DNA of 59,145 nucleotides from a virus. Lineage: Duplodnaviria > Caudoviricetes. Position 1 is the stretch's first letter; every line of letters begins with the position of its first letter. Positions 37,669 to 47,935 of this stretch are shown one piece after another. The translations under genes and the position numbers were made by a program. The notes below the pieces were generated by a model that was not told the DNA's origin, ran no database searches, and saw only the letters and a list, made by a program, of their open reading frames with translations. The stretch covers positions 1 to 59,145 of the IMG/VR virus record IMGVR_UViG_3300022841_000020. One strand, written 5' to 3'.

Positions 37669-38388
37669 TTACACTCCAAATTGTTTAGGAGCAGCAGCAT
37701 CGTATAGTCTTCGTTCCTCTTGTTGTCTAAAAAAGTCAGCTAAAGAATTACTTTCTATTGTACCCGTTCCAGGCATCATTGAACCGACAGGAGCAATCAT
37801 AGGAGACATATTAATAGGTTGTAATTTTAATTCGTTAACGCTCTTAGTCTTCGGAGTTTCACCTCCTCCTTCAATCATTCCAGTAAAACCAGAACCTATT
37901 AATCCAGCACTATTAAAAGCACCGCTTATACCAGATTGTATATTTTGTTGTCCTACGGCCATTTGTTGCCCTATTCCTGCTAAGTCCTGATTATCTCTAT
38001 TTTCTTGCATTCCTTGAATTCTTCCTTCGTCTCCTGCAATTGCATAATTACGTCTCATCACTTGGTCATCTATGTCTAATTGATTCTGCCTTGCGCCTTG
38101 ATTACTCATGGACTGTATTCTTGGTAAAGCTCCAAAAACACCTCTTATCCCAGAACCTCTAGCGGCTTCTGTTAGATTTGCAGTAGTTTGGCTTGCATCT
38201 TCTCTCCTTAGATTAGAACCTAATAAAGAGATTGGCATATCTCTGTAAACATTTTCAAGGTCTTGTCTTTCAAAATCGTTTAAGGCAGAATTAGCTTCCC
38301 TTTCTTGTCTCATTCCTTGAGCTACTTGCAAGCCTGATGCTGCTAAAGCGGCACCACCCATTATTAAAGTACTCGTTGCTATTGCCAT
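37669..38388 (-). CDS. Small ejection / pilot protein
   Basis: Gly/Ala/Gln-rich, hydrophobic N-terminus MAIATSTLIMGGAALAASG. Confidence 0.7.
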   Translation of the reverse strand: MAIATSTLIMGGAALAASGLQVAQGMRQEREANSALNDFERQDLENVYRDMPISLLGSNLRREDASQTTANLTEAARGSGIRGVFGALPRIQSMSNQGARQNQLDIDDQVMRRNYAIAGDEGRIQGMQENRDNQDLAGIGQQMAVGQQNIQSGISGAFNSAGLIGSGFTGMIEGGGETPKTKSVNELKLQPINMSPMIAPVGSMMPGTGTIESNSLADFFRQQEERRLYDAAAPKQFGV

Positions 38389-38602
38389 TTTTATTAGTTT
38401 AAAATTATACTTAATACAAATTTAGTATAATAAAAATAGAATTAAACACTGGTATCTATATAAAAAAGATATATTTTGAATCCGACACTACTGATTTAAA
38501 TTATAGAACACACAAAAATTAAATAAGTAATGCTAAATTTTGAAGTTTTCTCTCAAGCTTATTACGCCTATAAATAAAAATTAGAATACCAAAATTAAAT
38601 TG

Positions 38603-38790
38603 TATGTTTGCTTTGCGAAACAAATTTAACTTGGAGTATTCCAAAAAAAAAAATATATCTAAAATTAATAACTGCTTAGGCGTAGTTCTCTCGATTCTAT
38701 TTACTCCGGTATTAGTTTGTTTCGCAACAAAGAGAGAGCTACGCTCTTTTATTTATTAATTTTAAATTTATTCCTAATGCGAAACAAGGG
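38603..38790 (+). ncRNA. c4/CI-like antisense-attenuator leader of the antirepressor operon
   Basis: Promoter 38603-38610; 38613-38624 and 38778-38787 both complementary to 38716-38727, located in the loop of 13-bp stem 38680-38692/38732-38744. Confidence 0.65.
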
Positions 38791-38893
38791 AAAAAGTCAA
38801 GCTCCGACAAAAAACGAGCAACACTTCAGCGTGATAGACCACCAGACCACCACACAAAAAACTTTTACTAACACTAAAACCGAAAACTTATGA
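38777..38893 (+). CDS. 38-aa leader ORF translationally coupled to rha
   Basis: MRNKGKSQAPTK...TENL*; ATGA overlap; its start lies in the antisense target. Confidence 0.6.
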   Translation: MRNKGKSQAPTKNEQHFSVIDHQTTTQKTFTNTKTENL

Positions 38894-39504
38894 ATGAGTT
38901 AGAAAACAACAGTGGAAAAATGACAAGTTTAGAAATTGCTGAGCTTTCAGGAAAAAGACACGGAGATGTACTTCGAGCAATAGAAAAAATGCAAATATCT
39001 TGGGTTAAAGTAGCACAACGTAATTTTTCGTTATCCTCTTACATCAATGAAAACAATAGAGCAATGCCAATGTACTCACTTTCAAAAACGGAAACTTTAT
39101 ACATTGCTACCAAATTTAACGACGAAGCAAGAGCAAGGTTAATTCTTAGATGGGAAGCTTTGGAAATTGAAAAGCAAAAGCCACTATCTCAAATAGATTT
39201 AATCATACAATCTGCACAACGATTAAAAGCGATTGAGGAAAAGGAAATCGAACAAGATAAACGTATTCGATTATTAGAAGCAAAAGTGGTAACAATTCCT
39301 GAATATTTTACAATTGCAGGGTATGGTACTTTAAACGGTGTTAGTGTTAATATCAAGTTAGCAAGTAGATTAGGGCGTGAAGCTTCTAAAATATGCAAGG
39401 ATAAAAACCTATTAACAGATACAACTCCCGATCCAAGATTTGGTAAAGTAAAAATGTACCCAAAAATAGTGCTAGACCAAGTATTTAATACCGTGCCTTT
39501 GTAG
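38890..39504 (+). CDS. rha: Rha-family regulatory / antirepressor protein
   Basis: MTSLEIAELSGKRHGDVLRAI...PMYSL...ARLILRWEALE. Confidence 0.9.
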   Translation: MNELENNSGKMTSLEIAELSGKRHGDVLRAIEKMQISWVKVAQRNFSLSSYINENNRAMPMYSLSKTETLYIATKFNDEARARLILRWEALEIEKQKPLSQIDLIIQSAQRLKAIEEKEIEQDKRIRLLEAKVVTIPEYFTIAGYGTLNGVSVNIKLASRLGREASKICKDKNLLTDTTPDPRFGKVKMYPKIVLDQVFNTVPL

Positions 39505-39519
39505 GTAAATAAATATATT

Positions 39520-39552
39520 AAAAAGCCTCAAGTTAATTCTTGAGGCTTTTTT
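39520..39552. terminator. Bidirectional intrinsic terminator
   Basis: aaaaagcctcaag-ttaatt-cttgaggctttttt. Confidence 0.9.
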
Positions 39553-39566
39553 CCATTTAAACAAAC

Positions 39567-39980
39567 TTAAAGAGTTTTTACCATTTCGCATGTACCCGTA
39601 CTTCCTGTAATAAAACCACAATCTTCAAAACGGTTCCTTAATGAAGAATTTTTAAGGCTTGTAAATAAAAAGGTTTTGCCCATTCCTTTACAAATTTCCG
39701 AAATTGTATTTATTAAAAGATTTAGAGATTCCTTTCTTAATTCTCTATCTTTAATATCAAAATTAGCTACAATATATTCGACAATGGCTCCCTTGGGAAC
39801 AGTCGTGTTTATAATAAATCCAGCACATATTTCTTTATCACCATCTTGTATCATTACACCTTGAAGCTCACCGTTAACCTGTGGCAAGTAGTCAAGCCCT
39901 GGAGGGGGGAATCTGCTGTCTTTCCACCATTTTACAAGAGTAGGATAGTTGTCGTTTTTTAATACTCTAGCTTCTATCAT
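39567..39980 (-). CDS. GNAT-fold virion assembly protein
   Basis: Between tail and ejection genes; ICAGF...CKGMGKTFLF...FEDCGF. Confidence 0.6.
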   Translation of the reverse strand: MIEARVLKNDNYPTLVKWWKDSRFPPPGLDYLPQVNGELQGVMIQDGDKEICAGFIINTTVPKGAIVEYIVANFDIKDRELRKESLNLLINTISEICKGMGKTFLFTSLKNSSLRNRFEDCGFITGSTGTCEMVKTL

Positions 39981-40708
39981 ACGCCTGTTTTTATTGCATT
40001 AGTATTGATTGCAAAAAGCTCAGCCTGACCAGTAGATTCCAATTCAAGAGTTACCTCCATGTAGTAACCGTTTATTTCAGCTCCTTCAATTCTTGAAACT
40101 TTTTTTATAAAGCAAAAAGATCCTTGCAGTAGAGTTAATTTTTTTGAAATAGAATTTAAGGTTATGGTAGTTTTTGTGTGACTATCTATAATTCCTATGA
40201 ATTCAGATTGATTATCTACTACTTGAAATAAAGCATCACCGTTGTTTGTGTTATCCGGTACCTTACCTACTGTTATAATTAAATTATTTACAGTATTAAT
40301 ATTTCCTATACCTTGTGTATTACCTCCTTGTTTAATTTCAGTAGACTCTTCTTGTCTTAGAAAAGCAAACTCTCTGCTTCCTTGAGTCACAAATTCTGAG
40401 GTCCTAACCGTTGTTTTTACAAAGTTGGTCTCTATTGTAGCTTTCCATTTCGCATCACCTTCTAATATTAAGTTCTTAAAAATCTTATCGCTATCAGGAA
40501 CGTCATTAAATACCGTCTTTATTTTTGCAGTAAATTGTTCCCCATAGAAATTACATTTAACATCATTATCCTTGTCATTATGCAAATAAAGCTGACCATT
40601 TTTTAAGGTGAAAAACCTGTTATTTAAGCTTGTCATTCCACCAGGAGTAAACGGAGATTCCCCCGTCCATCCTTTGTTTTTTTCGGAAAAATTTAATGTC
40701 TGTGCCAT
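39977..40708 (-). CDS. C-terminal portion of the tail stabilization (muzzle) protein, encoded separately
   Basis: TLNFSEKNKGWT...KNGQLYLHN...NFYG...VFN..P...KIFKNLILEG. Confidence 0.6.
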   Translation of the reverse strand: MAQTLNFSEKNKGWTGESPFTPGGMTSLNNRFFTLKNGQLYLHNDKDNDVKCNFYGEQFTAKIKTVFNDVPDSDKIFKNLILEGDAKWKATIETNFVKTTVRTSEFVTQGSREFAFLRQEESTEIKQGGNTQGIGNINTVNNLIITVGKVPDNTNNGDALFQVVDNQSEFIGIIDSHTKTTITLNSISKKLTLLQGSFCFIKKVSRIEGAEINGYYMEVTLELESTGQAELFAINTNAIKTGV

Positions 40709-40709
40709 T

Positions 40710-43700
40710 TTAATTATTTGTAGGGCAAATACCTGTGAAATCCCACGCTGTATTTCCTATTGGTGCTGTAATAATAAGTTTTACCGTAGTTGGTGATGCT
40801 GTTGTTTTGTTAAACGTTATGACTCCTTGCCCATCGGTAGGTTCTGTTGTTCCATTAGCAATATCAGATTGCTGTATATTTATGTTCCTAGTTTCTCCAG
40901 TGTCTTCAAAAGTAGTTCCGTTATAAGATTTTACTGGTAAATCATTTTTATCTCCTAAAAGTCCTGAATACGTAGGAGGATTGCCTGAAATAAAATCACC
41001 TACATACTTAGAATCCGCTACTATAACACCGTCATATTCAAGCTGAAATCTATCAGGAAAATTTCGTGCGTTATAGCTTATACCTGTGCTGCCTGTGCCA
41101 GTACCTAGAACAATTATAACTTCGTAAATACCCTCATTTCCGCTTGCATTAATTCCATTCTGACAACTTACCCCAACTGAGATATCTACTTTAGCAATAT
41201 TACTTTCACTAAATCCATCGCTAAGTTTGTAAGTAAAGCTGTCTTCAAAATTATTACTGTTGTCATGAGTATAATTTATTGTTTTATTAGTAAGTAAAGC
41301 AATACTACCAAAACTAGGCTGATTTACAATTATTACAGTTAAAGGAAGAGAATTTGGATTTATGTCGTTTGATAAAACATTTATATTTTTTAAATCACCT
41401 TTGTTAATATCTAACGAATCATCAACTGCTGTAGGAGGATTTGAAGTAATGTTTATAGTAACTTTAGCGTTCTCGCTTTGAATTACACCATTTGATAATC
41501 TGTAAAAGAAAACGTCAGATTGAAGAGTGCTTCCAGTATGTGTGTATTTTATTGTATTATTATTATTTAATTCTACATTACCGAATTGCGGCTGAGACAT
41601 AATCAAAACCTCAATACTTGAAGATTGAACTCCTGTATCATTATAAAGAACATCTAAATCGCTTTCAGATCTAGCAAGCTTATCAAAAATATCATTTACA
41701 GCAATTAGTGGTGGGTTTTTGTCTTGATAATCCCATATAAGATATAGGTTTTCGGTTCTATTTATACGGGTAAAATCAAAACTTATTTGATCTATAAAGC
41801 TATTGATGGAAACCTGGGTCCGTGTTGTTTCAGGAAATGTTGCATCAGCTAAAATATCATTTATATTAGATTCATTATACCCTTGGGAGCTTACCAAGTA
41901 GCCAAGTCTATTCTCTCTGTTAGCGTGAAAAATGCCAGTAGTACTAGAATCTTTAAAGGCTTGAATATTTACAGACTTTCCTCTTTCTGGAAATCTTGAA
42001 TTCCCCTCTAATCCTTCTTGAACTTCAAATTTGCTAACAAAAAATTCTTCAAACAAGTGATCTTCACTAAAAAAAGATGCAGCTCCCCATTTATATCTAT
42101 TTATAATTGTCGTGCCTATATCGCTTTGGTCGGCTAAAACTATACTTATGACTTTCATTGGAATACCAAGAGGACAAATATTAGTAACTTGAATTGTTGC
42201 GGTATCGCTCACTGGTGTAATTGTAACCTGAATTGTATTTTTAGTTAAATCGGTTCTGGGAATTTCTAAACTAGAGGACTCTGTTACGCCATTATCGCTG
42301 TAAGTAACGCCATCGTAAACAGCAGAAACATCAACTTCTCCATTAGTTACCTCAGTATTTAGGACTGTTTCTCCCAAAAGAAAATTTATGTTTAGTACAA
42401 ATGTGAATGCTTCGGTAATTGTTTTTTGAATAACATTTCCACAAAAAGCATTAAGATTTTTAGATATTTCATCTTCTATACTAATCACGTACTTTTTAAA
42501 ATAAGCATCATATCCCCCTATCTTTCTGGAAGTAGGATTTTCTATAAAAAGATTTCTAAAATGAGAAGACATTCCGTAATTAATTTCAGTAACCCCATCT
42601 GCGGATAACCTCATTGGAACTCCTCTTCTAGTATTCACCCAATTTACTCTATCTCCGTCAACCGCTAAGCTTTCCGGATTCTTACCTATTCCGTTATTTC
42701 CTGCGTATGGAATATATTTTCCAAGTATTTCAGGTATTGTTGCTAATACACCTTGGCCGTTAGCCATTGATAATAAATCCTTTCCAAAGAGGACGTAGCC
42801 AGTTTTTTCTTCTTGAAGCACTAAAAGGTTTCCTTCTCTGGATAAAGTCCTCTGTATGCTTCCGTGCTGCTTATCTATCTCTTTAAAATTAGCATTACTT
42901 AAGTTAAATTCATTTAATCCGTTTATGTTGGTGCTTTCTATGTAAGGTTTTCCGTAAGTGTGATCTGCAAATCTTCTTATCTCTCGATACTCTTCTACAC
43001 TAGTTGATGAAGGTCTTGTATCAATGCTTAAATAATTCGTGTTAAATTCATCTCTTATTCTAAAGCTTTCAATACCGTTTCCTTGCGTGTAGCAATTAAA
43101 AAAGTCCATCTCAACTATTGCTGGGCTATCTGTAGAAAAATCTTGATTTTGAACGTTACCTTTGTGTTGGCCGTCTACCACATCAAAGCACTGTTCTGTT
43201 TCGAAAAATATATCTGAGTCGGCTTGTTTTGGAAGTGTCTCAAAAACGTAAACACCACTACCTATGCGAACAGTTATTTTAGCTTGTATTCTTCCTTTTC
43301 TATTTTTTGTTCCTCCAGAAAGCAAGCCTTTAACTTCTAAGCGTAATCTTCCGTCATCAACGGAGTTAGCAACTCTTAAAAGATTTAAATTAGGTAAGTA
43401 GTCATAATCAAATTCACCTGAGCCATCATCAGCTAAGAGTGAATTTCTACTAAAGATGACCTCTTTAAACCAACCCTCTAAATCTTCGTAATTTCTTTTT
43501 GCAAAAAACTGAGTATCATAAGTGATGTTTTTAAATCCATCATCATAATTTCTAGAGCTGTTAAAGAATAAAGTTATTGAAGTTCCTGAAGGTATTGCAA
43601 GTTCCGAAGCTTCTGGTGTAACCTCACTAAACAGCTCAAGATAAGTTAATGGAAAACGATTCTGGCTACTTACCTCTGGAGCCTCGCTTACTCTTACATC

Positions 43701-45746
43701 AAAATCGCCTCTATTCATAGAGAATCCTTTTGGCATTATTTTCATGTACACCCCTCTTCTTTCTATTATGTCATTTTCGTCTTCATCTTGATTATATAAA
43801 ATAAAATCCTCTTCTTTAACTTCAATTTCCAAAACCTTAATTTTAATAGGATCAGTCATTATTATTTCGCCAGCTTTTTTAATTATTAAAAAATCACCGA
43901 CAGAAACCTTATCCTTGTTATTACCTTCAAGCTTGCAAAACGTATAGAAATCTTCTGAATAAAATTCAGTAACATACAATGTTTGGTAGGCAGGCGGATT
44001 TGATTTTACCACAAGCTTATATCGATCAGCCCAATAAGGAGCTGGACCAGTAATTGTTGTGACTAATTTATTCTGAAAAGAAGAGAAAGCTTGGGGGATA
44101 AATATAGTATTGCTTTTGGAAGTCAAAACACTACTTCTTCTTCCGTATTTATCCATATAAACCTTTCCAACTTCATAATTTCTATTGGTCTTAGCTGTAC
44201 CAGAATTAATATCATTGGTAATCGAAAAGCTAGTTCCTGCAGTAAATGTTAATGAAACAGTTATTAACCTGTCGTTATCATCACTATCTTTAAAAACTAA
44301 TGGGTTAAGAAATAATGAAGCAACACCTCCAGCGGTACCTTTAAATATTCTAGGAGGGCCTTGAAGCACTAGGTTAGAAGGCGGGCTGTAGCCTCCCTGT
44401 TCATTATAGTTTAGTTGAAAGTCTGAATTTATAATATCAATAAATACACCAAAAGACGAGCTATTAAATAAGTCAGCTAAGTTTGCATAATCAGATTCAA
44501 GAGTGTGAAAAAACGTGTTATTGTAACCAGGTACACCGTTGATATCGGTTTCTATACTTACAACCATTATTAAACCTTTTTCTAGCGAATACTGGTTAGG
44601 ATTTGTTATGTTAATTCTTCTTATTTCTGCAAAAGAAATATCCAAGTTATTACCACTTTCTAAGGCTTGTGTTTTTACAGAAACAGTATAATCAATATTA
44701 ATTGGAACACCTTCGCTATCCTCTATATTATAACCTTCCACATAATTACTAAAAACTGGAATGTTTTCTAATAAGGATAAAGCTTTAGCAAGTCTAGGGA
44801 CGTTATCAAAAGACCTAAATAGCTGATCGCTAGGTAGAGGGGTAATAGTTTTGTTGTTGGAAAACAAAAAGCTCTTTGTTTGATTGTCTCCCCATCCGTT
44901 TTTGCTTTTGCTAAAAGTTTCAATGATCATCAAAGAATTACTTAAAGTTTCTTTTACTAAGAGTTGGATTTCTGTGACTTGTTTTTCTCCAGTATTAAAT
45001 TCAATTTTGGCAGCATTAAAAGAATTTATCATTCCTAAATTATCTAAAGTAAAATAATCTAAGTCAAAGGGTTGTGGAGTAAAGTTGTAATTACTAAAAT
45101 CAGAAGGTGCGCTATATTCGCCATCAAGATATCTAAATCTATAGGAAAATAGAAAAAATCTTTCTTCATTATTATTGCCTCCGTCCAAGGTGTAAGTCGG
45201 TGTTATTTTTGGAGCTTTTCTTGGCGGTTTTTTTATAAGTAAGATATCCTCTTCTACGAACCCATTTACACCATAGGTTTTAGCCCTCTCGATGTTTATG
45301 CATATCGGTTGCATATTATCATCAGTAAACAAAAGAAGGTCGCTCTTGACCTGTTGAGTGTTGACTTTAACAATTCCTGTAATAAGATGATCTTTGTGAA
45401 GAGAAAAAACACGGGAGCCTTCTTCTCTAGTATCTCCTAGAACCAATGATTGTACTTTATTGAGATCATCCCATTCGAATAAAAAACTTCCTAAATCAGA
45501 AAGAACTAACCAGTATATTTTTTTTCGAAATTCATCTGAAAAATTACCCATGTCTAGAGGATTGTCTCCCACGTCATAGCTAGTTAGTTTCTTGTTGGAA
45601 AGCATGACTTCTATAGCCCCCATATCATCCCCTTCACTATTGATAACTTCAACTCCAAAAGCATCTCTATACTCTCCTTTTGGCATCAATCTTATGTCTG
45701 CATCTTTATTAAGACGGCCCTTTACAAAGTTTTGCTTAAATATCAT
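40710..45746 (-). CDS. Tail stabilization / muzzle protein (P22 gp10-like) with C-terminal Ig/cadherin-like repeats
   Basis: F.KGRLNKD.D.RL.P.GEYRDA start; INGLNEFN; GIGKNPES; PPTAVDD...DSFTY repeats. Confidence 0.75.
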   Translation of the reverse strand: MIFKQNFVKGRLNKDADIRLMPKGEYRDAFGVEVINSEGDDMGAIEVMLSNKKLTSYDVGDNPLDMGNFSDEFRKKIYWLVLSDLGSFLFEWDDLNKVQSLVLGDTREEGSRVFSLHKDHLITGIVKVNTQQVKSDLLLFTDDNMQPICINIERAKTYGVNGFVEEDILLIKKPPRKAPKITPTYTLDGGNNNEERFFLFSYRFRYLDGEYSAPSDFSNYNFTPQPFDLDYFTLDNLGMINSFNAAKIEFNTGEKQVTEIQLLVKETLSNSLMIIETFSKSKNGWGDNQTKSFLFSNNKTITPLPSDQLFRSFDNVPRLAKALSLLENIPVFSNYVEGYNIEDSEGVPINIDYTVSVKTQALESGNNLDISFAEIRRINITNPNQYSLEKGLIMVVSIETDINGVPGYNNTFFHTLESDYANLADLFNSSSFGVFIDIINSDFQLNYNEQGGYSPPSNLVLQGPPRIFKGTAGGVASLFLNPLVFKDSDDNDRLITVSLTFTAGTSFSITNDINSGTAKTNRNYEVGKVYMDKYGRRSSVLTSKSNTIFIPQAFSSFQNKLVTTITGPAPYWADRYKLVVKSNPPAYQTLYVTEFYSEDFYTFCKLEGNNKDKVSVGDFLIIKKAGEIIMTDPIKIKVLEIEVKEEDFILYNQDEDENDIIERRGVYMKIMPKGFSMNRGDFDVRVSEAPEVSSQNRFPLTYLELFSEVTPEASELAIPSGTSITLFFNSSRNYDDGFKNITYDTQFFAKRNYEDLEGWFKEVIFSRNSLLADDGSGEFDYDYLPNLNLLRVANSVDDGRLRLEVKGLLSGGTKNRKGRIQAKITVRIGSGVYVFETLPKQADSDIFFETEQCFDVVDGQHKGNVQNQDFSTDSPAIVEMDFFNCYTQGNGIESFRIRDEFNTNYLSIDTRPSSTSVEEYREIRRFADHTYGKPYIESTNINGLNEFNLSNANFKEIDKQHGSIQRTLSREGNLLVLQEEKTGYVLFGKDLLSMANGQGVLATIPEILGKYIPYAGNNGIGKNPESLAVDGDRVNWVNTRRGVPMRLSADGVTEINYGMSSHFRNLFIENPTSRKIGGYDAYFKKYVISIEDEISKNLNAFCGNVIQKTITEAFTFVLNINFLLGETVLNTEVTNGEVDVSAVYDGVTYSDNGVTESSSLEIPRTDLTKNTIQVTITPVSDTATIQVTNICPLGIPMKVISIVLADQSDIGTTIINRYKWGAASFFSEDHLFEEFFVSKFEVQEGLEGNSRFPERGKSVNIQAFKDSSTTGIFHANRENRLGYLVSSQGYNESNINDILADATFPETTRTQVSINSFIDQISFDFTRINRTENLYLIWDYQDKNPPLIAVNDIFDKLARSESDLDVLYNDTGVQSSSIEVLIMSQPQFGNVELNNNNTIKYTHTGSTLQSDVFFYRLSNGVIQSENAKVTINITSNPPTAVDDSLDINKGDLKNINVLSNDINPNSLPLTVIIVNQPSFGSIALLTNKTINYTHDNSNNFEDSFTYKLSDGFSESNIAKVDISVGVSCQNGINASGNEGIYEVIIVLGTGTGSTGISYNARNFPDRFQLEYDGVIVADSKYVGDFISGNPPTYSGLLGDKNDLPVKSYNGTTFEDTGETRNINIQQSDIANGTTEPTDGQGVITFNKTTASPTTVKLIITAPIGNTAWDFTGICPTNN

Positions 45747-46558
45747 TTTGGCATAGAATTAATTTCACGACCTATTGTTAAAAAATCGAAATTTAGAGAA
45801 GCAATTAAAGCTTTGTGTCTTTCGGTGTTGTACCTATTTCTAGCTGAGGACTTATCGTACTGATTTGCATTTCTTCTTGTTGATATAATTTCAGAAATCG
45901 CAAACCACCTTATAGCGTCTTGCAGGTCTCTATGAACTTTTATTTCCTCTTCTCTTATATTTTCAAGATCCAATCCGTCTGATAAGTATTCAATAACAAC
46001 ATCTTGATCTTCAAGGTTACTGCTAAAATGGATAGTACCTCTTTCCCCGTTCACTTTAAACTCTCCATATTTCGACAAAAGAGAAGTGTCTTGTGTAGTT
46101 TCAAACGTGTGTCTAATATGTGGTATTTGATAGGCGTTTGCCATATCTGTTGTTAGCAACTCTCCTTCGTGATTAAAAAGAATCTCACGCTTATAGTTTT
46201 GAAGATATCCGGATGCTGTATTTATTTTGTTGTTGATATTCAAAGGTTGTAAACGTCCTTCTTCATTAATTACAGAAACCCTAATCCAATTAACATAGTT
46301 TTGTGGTAGAGCAAAATACAAGTTAGATCCAACGGTTAATTGCGCTACATTAAACATTTTTTGAGTAGCATTATTTACTACTCGAATACCTGTTTTTAAT
46401 TTTCTTACAATTTGGCTCCTTTTTGTATTAGCCAAAAAACTATCAGTATCAGTCGTATCAGCAAGCATATCATCTACTAAATCCTTAAGAGTAATGTATT
46501 GGTATTTGCCCCAATTTTTCTTATCAGCATAGTAGTCTGAAGGTTTTTGTATGGCCAT
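45743..46558 (-). CDS. Tail ring / tubular protein
   Basis: LPQNYVNWIRVS...GTIHFSS...VIEYLSDG; position. Confidence 0.65.
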   Translation of the reverse strand: MAIQKPSDYYADKKNWGKYQYITLKDLVDDMLADTTDTDSFLANTKRSQIVRKLKTGIRVVNNATQKMFNVAQLTVGSNLYFALPQNYVNWIRVSVINEEGRLQPLNINNKINTASGYLQNYKREILFNHEGELLTTDMANAYQIPHIRHTFETTQDTSLLSKYGEFKVNGERGTIHFSSNLEDQDVVIEYLSDGLDLENIREEEIKVHRDLQDAIRWFAISEIISTRRNANQYDKSSARNRYNTERHKALIASLNFDFLTIGREINSMPK

Positions 46559-46560
46559 AA

Positions 46561-47250
46561 TTAAGAAGCGTTATCTTGGTTAAAATCTATACTCTCTTGT
46601 TGCATGGTGTATGATAGTAAATCCGTCTCTTTAAGATTTACACCAAACGCCATAAGGACTCGTCTTACTATTTCATCTTCTTCGCTAGAGTGGATATCTG
46701 CATCTTGGAAGTTATCATCATCGGGGTTAAATAGCTCCACATCATTTACACTTGTATAAGTCCATTTTGGATATTTTATGTTTCTCAAATAGGATATCCT
46801 TACTTTGCTACCGTCTTGAATTGGAGCAATCAATATGCTTTTTCCAATGATTGTGTAGACTGGATATTGAGTAGTGGCTAAGCTTTTTTGAATATTAAAT
46901 TCCCTTCTGTTTCTGCAAAACTCTAAAGTTCCACCTTCTACTATTTCAGACTCATCTAGGTATCTCCAATCGGAAGGAAGTTCTATACGACTGCCTTCTA
47001 CGGTAATTGGTTCTGATTCTTCAAGGTAGTGTAATATCTTTTCGCTGTAAGTGTCTGGTATGTTAGCAATTCCTCCACTAATTACACCCCTGTTTTCTCT
47101 TACAATTAATCTATTTAAGTCATAAAAGTATTCTTCATTACGGGACTGTATGGAATTATGTAGAGCAAGCTCAAACTTTGATGGGGTAAAGCTCCCTCTT
47201 ACCTGAGTGTTTATAAAGAATTCTACCTTCTTTTTAATTCGATCTATCAT
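46561..47250 (-). CDS. Tail ring / head-tail adaptor protein
   Basis: RGSFTPSKF...YLR..KYPKWTY; position. Confidence 0.65.
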   Translation of the reverse strand: MIDRIKKKVEFFINTQVRGSFTPSKFELALHNSIQSRNEEYFYDLNRLIVRENRGVISGGIANIPDTYSEKILHYLEESEPITVEGSRIELPSDWRYLDESEIVEGGTLEFCRNRREFNIQKSLATTQYPVYTIIGKSILIAPIQDGSKVRISYLRNIKYPKWTYTSVNDVELFNPDDDNFQDADIHSSEEDEIVRRVLMAFGVNLKETDLLSYTMQQESIDFNQDNAS

Positions 47251-47348
47251 TTTGCTATAAGTAAAATTTATATCTAATACAAAAATAATAGATTTAAAGT
47301 GTTATTTTAGTATAAATATTACATAAATCAAATATATATTTACGGCCA

Positions 47349-47555
47349 TTGAATGATCTAGAAAAAAAAGTACTCAAAGAGGTTTCGGACTACCACGATA
47401 AAACAAACGGGAAGTGTGGTATAAGTGCCATGCTAATTGCAGAAAAACTCAACATAAGCTTTTCAGAATTAAAGCAAACACTAAACAATCTCAATGACAA
47501 AAAAGCCTTTACTATTAGGAAAGGAATTAACAGCATACTAATATTTAAAAAATGA
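47349..47555 (+). CDS. Small winged-helix protein
   Basis: IAEKLNISFSELKQTLNNL...IRKGIN. Confidence 0.55.
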   Translation: MNDLEKKVLKEVSDYHDKTNGKCGISAMLIAEKLNISFSELKQTLNNLNDKKAFTIRKGINSILIFKK

Positions 47556-47788
47556 TATCACAAGAAAAATTGCAAGAAAGCACACATTTTAATTCTCTGG
47601 ATCATATCCAAAAACAAATGATATTGAAAAAGGACAATAGAGAGAAAATTTCTCTAGGATTAATAATGAGTGAACTAAGAAGCTTTGATTTTTGGCTTGA
47701 AAAATGCCAACCCTCGGATCGCGTTAAAACAATAGTGGAAGAATTAATTAATAAAAAAACAGATGGGAGGATTAGCGAGAATTTGTAA
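47552..47788 (+). CDS. Hypothetical protein
   Basis: ATGA-coupled ORF. Confidence 0.55.
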   Translation: MISQEKLQESTHFNSLDHIQKQMILKKDNREKISLGLIMSELRSFDFWLEKCQPSDRVKTIVEELINKKTDGRISENL

Positions 47789-47921
47789 GATGTACGGCTC
47801 CATGGAAGTGGCTGACGCAAATGGAAAAAAGGTAACTTGGGTTTGGGATTATGTGAATGATAAAGCAAGGGTGAAAACTGAAATGACTTTAAGTGAGAAA
47901 GCAAAATGGTTAGGGAAATAA
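47763..47921 (+). CDS. Small protein (52 aa, MGGLARICKMYGSMEV...WVWDYVND)
   Basis: Hand-translated; fills the gap in the operon. Confidence 0.55.
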   Translation: MGGLARICKMYGSMEVADANGKKVTWVWDYVNDKARVKTEMTLSEKAKWLGK

Positions 47922-47935
47922 TAGAAAGTAAGTGT

